Shown here: piece after piece, positions 10,487-17,747 of the stretch
Layout: each line of letters opens with the position of its first letter
Numbering within the stretch: position 1 is the first letter of the stretch
Assembly: GCA_947085985.1 (NCBI GenBank)
Contig: CAMTYL010000003.1
Span: 298,108 to 362,107, forward strand
Source of the DNA: an uncultured bacterium
Lineage (GTDB): Bacteria; Patescibacteriota; Minisyncoccia; Phycocordibacterales; Phycocordibacteraceae
Direction: 5' to 3'
Length of the DNA: 64,000 nucleotides
Position numbers and translations under genes: made by a program
The notes under the pieces: model-generated
Databases searched by the model: none
What the model was told of the DNA's origin: nothing
What the model saw: only the letters and a program-made list of their open reading frames with translations

Positions 10487-11050
10487 CTAGTACCAAACAC
10501 CGTCTACCTTGCGTGCCTCAAGCGTAATTCTTTCTGAGTCTGATATGTGGATTTTGACACGAGCTACATTGCTCTCAAACGTCCACTCGGTTCTTTCAGC
10601 GGTCAACATGTCACGAGTAATAGACATGGAAGCCAAGAATTCAATGATGTTCTTGAAGTCTTCGTCGGAAGTTGCAGCGAACTGAGCCTGTGCACTTTCT
10701 GACACGGCCTTTGCTAGATACGCTCTAATTTCGGGCAGATTACCCGTTTCAAGAAGTGCCTGGCGTTTAAGGAGCGCCTCTATCACGAGAGCTTTCTCGC
10801 TAGTGTCTGTGGCGCTCGCCTGCGACTGTGCAGGAGCGGCCGCAGTAGGCGCAGTTGCTGGCGTGGGAGCCGCGGACACTGGCACAGAATCATTTTCTTT
10901 TTCCATGGTGTTTGTTTCGGTTGACGGTGTAATAGCAGTATCTGGAATTGGTGCAACGTCCGTTGCTTGATTGGTGTATAGGTATGCTCCGACACCCGCC
11001 ACAATACTACCTACTACGGCAAGTAAAATTATTACAATTTTCATCTTCAT
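10487..11050 (-). CDS. Membrane-anchored hypothetical protein with Ala/Pro/Thr-rich linker
   Basis: N-terminal TM segment and low-complexity linker; ATG abuts 35-bp repeat copy 1. Confidence 0.8.
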   Translation of the reverse strand: MKMKIVIILLAVVGSIVAGVGAYLYTNQATDVAPIPDTAITPSTETNTMEKENDSVPVSAAPTPATAPTAAAPAQSQASATDTSEKALVIEALLKRQALLETGNLPEIRAYLAKAVSESAQAQFAATSDEDFKNIIEFLASMSITRDMLTAERTEWTFESNVARVKIHISDSERITLEARKVDGVWY

Positions 11051-11085
11051 ACCAAAACTATATCATTTCTGTACTTCTGGGAATT
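11051..11085 (-). repeat. 35-bp intergenic promoter-bearing repeat, copy 1
   Basis: ACCAAAACTATATCATTTCTGTACTTCTGGGAATT (+ strand). Confidence 0.85.
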
Positions 11086-11098
11086 AATGTTGACCAAC

Positions 11099-11998
11099 CT
11101 ACGAAACAAGTTTTGAAAGAAGTGCCATGCGTACCGTAAGTCCGTAGCCTGCTTGTTTGAAATACACTGCTTTCTCCGACATATCTACGTCCGGCGCTAT
11201 TTCATCAACCCGAGGAAGCGGATGCATGATTATAGAGCCCTGCTTCATGGCGTCAGCATGTGCACGAGTAAGTACGTACTTCCCCTTCAATTTTTCATAC
11301 TCGCCAGCATCTGCGAATCGCTCCTTCTGAATTCTGGTCATGTAAACCACGTCTGCATCTGCGAGCACAGATTCCAAGTCCTCTGTTTCTATAACCAGCA
11401 CTCCCCGTGCGCGCAGATACTCAAGTATGTCGGCACCCATGCTAAGTTCTGGTGGAGACACAAAAGTAAGAGAAATATTTTCGTATCGTGCTAAAAGATA
11501 TGCGAGTGACCGTATGGTCCTTCCGTGCTTAAGGTCGCCCACTGCAGTTATGTGCAGACCATCCGTCTTCCCCACCTCCTTCTGTATCGTGTACAAATCT
11601 AAAAGTGCTTGCGTGGGGTGCTGTCCAGGCCCATCACCTGCATTTATTACTGGAATAGTAGCAACCTGCGAGGCACGATTACACGCTCCTTCTTCAAAGT
11701 GACGCAGCACCACTACATCCGCGTACTGATTCATCATCTTCATCGTGTCTTCTATCGTTTCGCCCTTGGCCGCCGACGAGAACTCTTTGGCATTTTCAGT
11801 TGAAATAACCGTACCGCCGAGCCGCTGCATCGCAGATTCAAAAGAAAGCCTTGTCCTTGTAGAAGGCTCATAGAAGAGCGATGCCATAATCTTTCCCTGA
11901 AGCGAGGTATTGCGGACTCCTTCCAGTGTGTCTGCCAGTGCAAATAGCTCCTCAAGTCCCTTCCTATCAAATTGCTGCGATTCAAGTACGTGCTGCAT
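11099..11998 (-). CDS. pyrB: Aspartate carbamoyltransferase catalytic subunit
   Basis: FYEPSTRTRLSFESA, NAGDG..QHPTQ, TRIQKERF and MHPLPR. Confidence 0.97.
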   Translation of the reverse strand: MQHVLESQQFDRKGLEELFALADTLEGVRNTSLQGKIMASLFYEPSTRTRLSFESAMQRLGGTVISTENAKEFSSAAKGETIEDTMKMMNQYADVVVLRHFEEGACNRASQVATIPVINAGDGPGQHPTQALLDLYTIQKEVGKTDGLHITAVGDLKHGRTIRSLAYLLARYENISLTFVSPPELSMGADILEYLRARGVLVIETEDLESVLADADVVYMTRIQKERFADAGEYEKLKGKYVLTRAHADAMKQGSIIMHPLPRVDEIAPDVDMSEKAVYFKQAGYGLTVRMALLSKLVS

Positions 11999-12013
11999 GA
12001 CTTCTTGAATCTT

Positions 12014-12661
12014 CTAGAACTCGTGAGCTTCTTCCTCTGCGAGATTTACAAAAGAAATTCCTACCGCTTCTAGCTGGCCGCCTATCCAGCGCGGAATGGA
12101 GGTCTGTCGGTAGTTCTCTGTATACATGGCGTCGTGTATCGGGAATGCTACGCGTGGGTTGATAGTTTTCGCGTAATCAATAGCGGTAGAGATTTTATGC
12201 CATGGTCCGCCCGTTGGGAGCGCGAGAATTTCCACCTGCTTATTTGGCACATCGTGGAGCGCGTCTCCTGGCATGTAGAGCTTACCGGCGATTAGAAAGC
12301 CGGTGTTTCTACATGGTGACGAGTCGCCGTAGATAATCGCATGCTCGGTACCAAAGCTTTCTATGGACACCCCTGCAACGTCCACTGTCTCGCCAGGTTC
12401 AATAGCAGTCCACGCAATACCCGCCTCTGTCAGCTTCTCACCTACTCCTGCATGCGTAATCACCTGCGCATCGGGATTTCTCGCGAGCACTTCCTGCAAC
12501 TTCGGTATATCAAAGTGGTCCTGGTGCTCGTGTGTGATAAGCACGGCAGAAAGGCCGGACACGTCCGGCACGGTAGCGCTGTATGAACCAATGTCGGTAA
12601 GAATTTTCACTCCGTCAATTTCCACCAGCAAACAGGACTGTGCATACTTCGTGATGTTCAT
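12014..12661 (-). CDS. MBL-fold metallo-hydrolase
   Basis: ITHEHQDH, PGDA and FPIHD. Confidence 0.9.
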   Translation of the reverse strand: MNITKYAQSCLLVEIDGVKILTDIGSYSATVPDVSGLSAVLITHEHQDHFDIPKLQEVLARNPDAQVITHAGVGEKLTEAGIAWTAIEPGETVDVAGVSIESFGTEHAIIYGDSSPCRNTGFLIAGKLYMPGDALHDVPNKQVEILALPTGGPWHKISTAIDYAKTINPRVAFPIHDAMYTENYRQTSIPRWIGGQLEAVGISFVNLAEEEAHEF

Positions 12662-12696
12662 ACCAAAACTATATCATTCCCGCATTCCCAAGAATT
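12662..12696 (-). repeat. 35-bp repeat, copy 2
   Basis: ACCAAAACTATATCATTCCCGCATTCCCAAGAATT. Confidence 0.9.
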
Positions 12697-12714
12697 GGTG
12701 GTGGCTGACCTGAC

Positions 12715-13320
12715 TCACGTAAGAATCTCTTGCTGCGTCAGAAACACTTCCACGGCATCGGCAAGCTTTTGGTGACCAGCACTGTTAGGATGCAGTCCAT
12801 CATCTAGGTCCTCGTTAGTAAGAAGCGGGTATACATCAAGTAATGGGAGGGCGTGTTCGCCAGCAACCTGTTTGATAAGCCCGTCATAGAGCCGGACACT
12901 TTGGTTGTCGTAGTTTTGGTCCTTGTCAGTCCACGGAATTGGCGTGAGCTTACTGTCTTCTACCTGGTTTAGTCCCAAGAAAAATACAGAGTCGGTAATC
13001 TCTCGAGCTTGCGCAACAAGCGCATGTAGATTTGCAACAAAATCCTCTGGCAAGACTCTTGTGTTCTCTCGAGTACCTGTGTACTGCGAATCATTAATAC
13101 CAATTGCAAAAAGAATGACGGTGCCTGCGCTAGACTTTCTAGCTTGTGCCTCAACCTTGAAACGAGCAAGGAGGTGCCCCGTGTTGTCTGCAGAAATACC
13201 GCAATTATAAAAACTGATATCCTGCTCTGCGTACTTGTTCCGTAATCTCGTGACCCAACCACCTCCCTCATTATCGTTCGCGCCCCAAGTGATACTGTCG
13301 CCGAATACTATAATTCTCAT
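12715..13320 (-). CDS. SGNH/GDSL hydrolase
   Basis: FGDSITWG, GIND and DGLHPN blocks. Confidence 0.93.
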   Translation of the reverse strand: MRIIVFGDSITWGANDNEGGGWVTRLRNKYAEQDISFYNCGISADNTGHLLARFKVEAQARKSSAGTVILFAIGINDSQYTGTRENTRVLPEDFVANLHALVAQAREITDSVFFLGLNQVEDSKLTPIPWTDKDQNYDNQSVRLYDGLIKQVAGEHALPLLDVYPLLTNEDLDDGLHPNSAGHQKLADAVEVFLTQQEILT

Positions 13321-13353
13321 GGAGTAAGTGTATCAAATATGCCCCGTCCTTAC

Positions 13354-13388
13354 CCCAAAACTATATCATTCCTGCGTTTCTAAGAATT
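13354..13388 (-). repeat. 35-bp repeat, copy 3
   Basis: CCCAAAACTATATCATTCCTGCGTTTCTAAGAATT. Confidence 0.9.
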
Positions 13389-13408
13389 AGTTCTGACAGA
13401 TCCATTTA

Positions 13409-14362
13409 TTACCGATGCGAAGGGCTGGATTGCGCAGTACTAATCTGTTCAAGGCGGGTAAGCATTTCAGGTGGAGAGTATGCCGACACCTCTGTAAAAG
13501 CCCTGTCTAGAAAGGCCTGTATGTCCGCTGGCCTTGCATTAGCAAGCGCGGGGGTTGCTTCAACAGCACGCACCATACGGTCCGCTATAACTGCGGACAT
13601 AAGCGAAGAATGGCTTCCATCGAACAGATCTGTTTCTGACTTAAAATCAAATCCCGTTTCTGCTCGCCCGTCACGAGTTGGTTCCATTCCGAGTGCAGAA
13701 AGGTGCTGAGTCACTATGGCGCGAATTCCAGCTGACTGCTCTTCCTTTCCATAATGCACAACGAGAGAGTCTGGGTGCTTAAGAAAATACTGCAAGTTCC
13801 CTGGAATTTTAAATGAGATGCGGTCGCCATTCTTTATAGAAAGGTCAGACAGGTCTTTCGCGAGGGCCGGCAGAGCATTCTGAAATGCCATCACTCGTGC
13901 AAGCACCTCTTCCGAGCTACCCGAACCAGCTGGGACAGTAAAGTATTCCTTGCGTGAAATTACCACCTCAACGGGCGCTCCTTCTATGGTCTTCTTCATG
14001 CGCGTTCGGTTCCTTTGCGCGTCCTTCGTGCCTGTATACGAAAACCAACCAATATCGTTATCTACCGGAAGCCCCTGAGCGATGGCTTCGCGAGCTACAT
14101 TCTTGAGATTTTCTTCGTACGCCTGTGCTGCGGCTTCGCCTCCAATGTCTTTTTCTAACCTCTTCAGTTCTGTGTTTGATACCCGATTCACCATGTAACT
14201 GTAAAGAGAGCGCGTGAGCCACTCACGCGAAGGATTATTCTTAAGTTGCATGACGATTGATTGCAAACCCTCCTCGCGGGCAGAATCAGTAAACTTTTCT
14301 GGCATCGTAACGGTCGCAGAAACCTGTTCCTTATCCGCACGTACCTTCTCAATTCCCTCCAT
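13409..14362 (-). CDS. Hypothetical protein (317 aa)
   Basis: Long ORF whose ATG abuts repeat copy 4. Confidence 0.8.
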   Translation of the reverse strand: MEGIEKVRADKEQVSATVTMPEKFTDSAREEGLQSIVMQLKNNPSREWLTRSLYSYMVNRVSNTELKRLEKDIGGEAAAQAYEENLKNVAREAIAQGLPVDNDIGWFSYTGTKDAQRNRTRMKKTIEGAPVEVVISRKEYFTVPAGSGSSEEVLARVMAFQNALPALAKDLSDLSIKNGDRISFKIPGNLQYFLKHPDSLVVHYGKEEQSAGIRAIVTQHLSALGMEPTRDGRAETGFDFKSETDLFDGSHSSLMSAVIADRMVRAVEATPALANARPADIQAFLDRAFTEVSAYSPPEMLTRLEQISTAQSSPSHR

Positions 14363-14397
14363 ACCAAAACTATATCATTCCTGCGTTTCCAAGAATT
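14363..14397 (-). repeat. 35-bp repeat, copy 4
   Basis: ACCAAAACTATATCATTCCTGCGTTTCCAAGAATT. Confidence 0.92.
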
Positions 14398-14441
14398 GGT
14401 GGGAACGACACCTTTTAGGCGACGCTAGATCTTTATACGGG

Positions 14442-14471
14442 TTGACAAAGTGTATATTATAGTGTTATACT
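14442..14471 (+). promoter_or_regulatory. Sigma70-type promoter
   Basis: TTGACA-18-TATACT with a TG extension. Confidence 0.65.
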
Positions 14472-14507
14472 ATATGCAGTTTTCCCAACCACATCGAGGC
14501 TTGCGAA

Positions 14508-15188
14508 ATGACCTTTGCGAATGAAATCGAAGACCGGCCCGTTCCGGTTATCAAGGTGGAGCCCACCGAGCGGGGTTTCCTGCGTAGCGACTTCAGAGAC
14601 ATCTACGGAACTTTCTGCTCGCTGCAAGAGAGCTCTCTGGCATCTGAAGACGCCATCTGGCTCGGCACGAACATCGAAGGTGTCGGTGGCAATCGCATGC
14701 ACCTCGACCAGAACATGGTCTCGGCGATGCTGCCCTATCTCATGCACTTCGCCAAACACGGCAACCTGCGTCTGAAGAGGATCGGTGTCGTCGGTTACTG
14801 TCCGCCCACCAAGTTCGACGAGAACGAGGCGCGACGTGCAATCATCGACGCCTACGACCAACTGGCCGACCTTTACTTCGACCAATCGATCGCTATCGTG
14901 TCTGGCCTGAGCGACGTCGGCGTGTTGGCCATCGCCTATGCGGAAGCGCAGAAGCGAGGGTGGATGACCGTGGGCGTGGCCTGCGAACGCGCCATGGAAC
15001 ATCCGCTGTTCCCCGTGAACGTTCCGATCGTCGTTGGCGAAGAGTGGGGTAACGAAAGCCCCATGTTCGTCGGCATGCTCGACGGCATCGTCCGCATCGG
15101 CGGCGGCAAGCAGTCCATCCGTGAGACCGAAGAGGTCAAAGCGCGCGGACTGCCCACGCTCGAGTACGACGTGTCCGTCTTCGACTAG
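14508..15188 (+). CDS. Phage-type N-terminal domain fused to a SLOG (DprA/LOG-like) domain
   Basis: N-term F.D.YG..CSLQESSLA.EDAIWLG..RMHL; C-term RIGVVG...IVSG...GV...AY..A...TVGV...IGGG.QS..E. Confidence 0.65.
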   Translation: MTFANEIEDRPVPVIKVEPTERGFLRSDFRDIYGTFCSLQESSLASEDAIWLGTNIEGVGGNRMHLDQNMVSAMLPYLMHFAKHGNLRLKRIGVVGYCPPTKFDENEARRAIIDAYDQLADLYFDQSIAIVSGLSDVGVLAIAYAEAQKRGWMTVGVACERAMEHPLFPVNVPIVVGEEWGNESPMFVGMLDGIVRIGGGKQSIRETEEVKARGLPTLEYDVSVFD

Positions 15189-15260
15189 TTCCCGAACCCC
15201 GTGTACGAGGAAGCCCCGCGCTTACTTGTATGCGGGGTTTTCTTTTAGGTTTCACGAGGC

Positions 15261-15295
15261 CAATCCCCTATATCATTCCTACTTTTCCAAGAATT
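15261..15295 (-). repeat. 35-bp repeat, copy 5 (degenerate at the gene-proximal end)
   Basis: CAATCCCCTATATCATTCCTACTTTTCCAAGAATT. Confidence 0.85.
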
Positions 15296-15318
15296 GGTAG
15301 TGACTGTTTCTCTTATAC

Positions 15319-15915
15319 CTACAATGAGCGAATGTCTTCTACAATTTCAGGAAATTCGGATTGGTTGAAGTGTTGTCGGCCGGTGAACACACGCACAGTC
15401 GCAGTTTCGAGCTCGCGCTGGTAGCGCTCAAAACTTGAGAACGGCACAACTTCGTCGTCTTTGCTGTGGTAGAGAAATACTTTCCCTCCCTGCTTTTCTA
15501 ATCCTGAAAGGTTGGTGAGAATATTGAAGTCCACGTATGGATTCTCGTCCTGAGCATTGTATGGCGCAGCCACTAGGAGTGTGGCTTTTATGCTTTTTGG
15601 ATACACCTCTTCAGACAAATACTTCGCTAGGAATATCCCTCCGAGCGAGTGCCCAATGAAAATTACACCTTCGTCCAGTAGTGGCACGTACTTATCAAAG
15701 ATAATTTTCCACTCTGCGTAGCGCGCATTTGATGGATTTGGCATGCGCGGAGCAATCACTTCGTACGTGTCTCCAAGAGTTGTGGCGAGGCCCCCTTTCC
15801 AACTAGTAGTGCGGGAGTTGTCCAGACTGACCTCCCACTGCTTCAGCGACTCTATGTATTCCTCGTACGTGTCATATGCGTCCCCGCCATGAATCACGAA
15901 TACCTGTTGCTTCAT
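15319..15915 (-). CDS. Alpha/beta hydrolase (RBBP9/YdeN family)
   Basis: VIHGG, GHSLGG, HSKDD.VVP and HF. Confidence 0.9.
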   Translation of the reverse strand: MKQQVFVIHGGDAYDTYEEYIESLKQWEVSLDNSRTTSWKGGLATTLGDTYEVIAPRMPNPSNARYAEWKIIFDKYVPLLDEGVIFIGHSLGGIFLAKYLSEEVYPKSIKATLLVAAPYNAQDENPYVDFNILTNLSGLEKQGGKVFLYHSKDDEVVPFSSFERYQRELETATVRVFTGRQHFNQSEFPEIVEDIRSL

Positions 15916-15950
15916 CCCAAAACTATATCATTCCTGCGTTTCCAAGAATT
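15916..15950 (-). repeat. 35-bp repeat, copy 6
   Basis: CCCAAAACTATATCATTCCTGCGTTTCCAAGAATT, 34/35 identical to copy 4. Confidence 0.92.
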
Positions 15951-15969
15951 TATAGAAGCTGAGCCGCAT

Positions 15970-16524
15970 TTATACTTCCGTATCTTGAAGCTGCTTAATT
16001 TCCCTTTCAATCTCAAGAAATTGTTTTTTATCTAGCAAGTCAGCGAGAATTTTTTGTCTCGTCTTGTATTGCTCTTCCGTTACACAGCGCTCCTCATATA
16101 AGCTCTGATAAAGGGCTCCTGCATTTGCTTCGATGCTCCACACCGCGTTGCCCATGTCGTTGGTAGAGGAAAATCTGCCATCGAGATTATCTCTAACAAT
16201 ACGTTGCAGTGCTTGTCTAATGCCGTTTGCATCTTGCATCCACACTTTTACTTGAGCTTTGTTCTTCTCAATCTGACTTCTACTTGTCCAGTGCTGCCAT
16301 ATTGATACACCAACGAAACCGAGTCCCAGAATTGTAGAGATAATTGACCACCAAAGGAAGAAGTCAACCTGAAAAGAGGCCCACGTTGTGCGCAGAAATG
16401 ACACACCACTGAGTACCCCTATAACAAAGCTAGCTACTACGAAGGTAAGTGTTTTGTGTGTATTCATTTTACTAATTGGATTTAGTGCAGAAACGATTCG
16501 TACTAACTTGAGTTTCTCATTCAT
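15970..16524 (-). CDS. Hypothetical membrane protein (AT-richer)
   Basis: Two TM segments plus a helical C-terminus. Confidence 0.75.
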   Translation of the reverse strand: MNEKLKLVRIVSALNPISKMNTHKTLTFVVASFVIGVLSGVSFLRTTWASFQVDFFLWWSIISTILGLGFVGVSIWQHWTSRSQIEKNKAQVKVWMQDANGIRQALQRIVRDNLDGRFSSTNDMGNAVWSIEANAGALYQSLYEERCVTEEQYKTRQKILADLLDKKQFLEIEREIKQLQDTEV

Positions 16525-16539
16525 CTTAAATATAACTAA

Positions 16540-16662
16540 GTGCCCAGGCTAGAGAGCGCAGATGCGAGGCGCGAGCGAGGACCAAACCGAGCCGTACTCA
16601 TAGTACGGTGAGGGCGGACCGGAGTTAGCAACAAAGCAGGTGCGTTCTATAGCCGGTTCCAC
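16540..16662. repeat. RPE-like palindromic element, copy A
   Basis: Arms GGCTAGAGAGCGCA / TGCGTTCTATAGCC; central CGTACT-cat-AGTACGGTGA shared with 53719-53846. Confidence 0.7.
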
Positions 16663-17696
16663 TACCAATTCAGCTGGCCGCCAGTCTTGTATTCAGTCAC
16701 CCTCGTCTCAAAGAAGTTCTTCTCCTTGTTCAAGTCCACTGCCTCTCCCATCCACGGGAACGGATTCTCCACGTTGTACTGAAGCGGAAGTCCTACGGAC
16801 GCCAAGCGACGGTCTGCGATGTGCTCAATGTACTGCTTGAATCCGTCTGCGTTCATACCAAAGATGCCGCGTGGGAATACCTCCGTTGCAAACGTGTACT
16901 CCAGCACCACGGCGCGCTTGATGAGGTCTACAATTCTCTGCTGGAACTCAGGAGTCCAAAGCTCTGGCTGCTCTTCCTTGATACCGTTGATGAGGTTGAT
17001 ACCAAAGTTCAAGTGCTGCGACTCGTCGCGCATGATGTACTGAATCTGCTCTGCAGACCCGGTCAACTTGTTCTGGCGCTGGAACCCGAACATAACCGCA
17101 AACGATGAGTAGAAGAAGATACCCTCCATCACGAGTGAGAACACGCAGAGGTTCTCTAGGAAGAGCTGGTCGTTCTCAAAGGTACCGGTCTTGAAGTTCG
17201 GGTCAAAGATTCCCTCGTTCAAGTTGAGCACCATGTTGTCCTTGTTGTAGATAGCCTCTACCTCGCGGTACATGTTGAAGATCTTTGACTCGTCCATACC
17301 GAGTGACTCCACGATGTACTGGTACGCGTGGGTGTGAATCGCCTCTTCGTATCCCTGACGAAGAAGGTACATGCGGCACTCAGGACTCGTGATGTGCTTG
17401 TAGATAGCGAGCACTACGTTGTTGGCGGCGATAGAGTCTGCCGTGGTGAAGAAGCCGAGCACCGTCTCAAACGCCTTGCGCTCGTCTGCGGTGAGCACGT
17501 TTGGCGCCTTCCACTGCTCAATGTCGCGCTGCATGCTGATTTCCGTAGGAAGCCAGTGATTACTGTTTCCTACCGTGTACGCGTCCCACGCAAAGGTGTG
17601 ACGCATTGGGTAGAGCTGCATCACGTCTGCGTCTCCACCATTGATGATGCGACGAGAGTTGATGTCTACTGCTTTGGCTCCTACGTTAATTGGCAT
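16662..17696 (-). CDS. nrdB: Ribonucleotide reductase class I beta subunit
   Basis: EEAIHTHAY, EGIFFYSSF, RDESQH and NFFETRVTEY. Confidence 0.97.
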   Translation of the reverse strand: MPINVGAKAVDINSRRIINGGDADVMQLYPMRHTFAWDAYTVGNSNHWLPTEISMQRDIEQWKAPNVLTADERKAFETVLGFFTTADSIAANNVVLAIYKHITSPECRMYLLRQGYEEAIHTHAYQYIVESLGMDESKIFNMYREVEAIYNKDNMVLNLNEGIFDPNFKTGTFENDQLFLENLCVFSLVMEGIFFYSSFAVMFGFQRQNKLTGSAEQIQYIMRDESQHLNFGINLINGIKEEQPELWTPEFQQRIVDLIKRAVVLEYTFATEVFPRGIFGMNADGFKQYIEHIADRRLASVGLPLQYNVENPFPWMGEAVDLNKEKNFFETRVTEYKTGGQLNW

Positions 17697-17747
17697 AGTC
17701 GGTTTCTCTTAAAGAACATTTAATAAGTCGACGGTTACGTCAGTCTG

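Noticed and set aside
11051-15950. CRISPR array interpretation of the 35-bp repeats
   Set aside because: The intervals are 0.6-1.6 kb and contain whole genes, and there are no cas genes in the window.
16662-17696. Chlamydia-type class Ic (Mn/Fe) RNR
   Set aside because: The radical Tyr (HTHAY) and the Asp ligand (ADS) are retained, consistent with a tyrosyl-radical class I enzyme.
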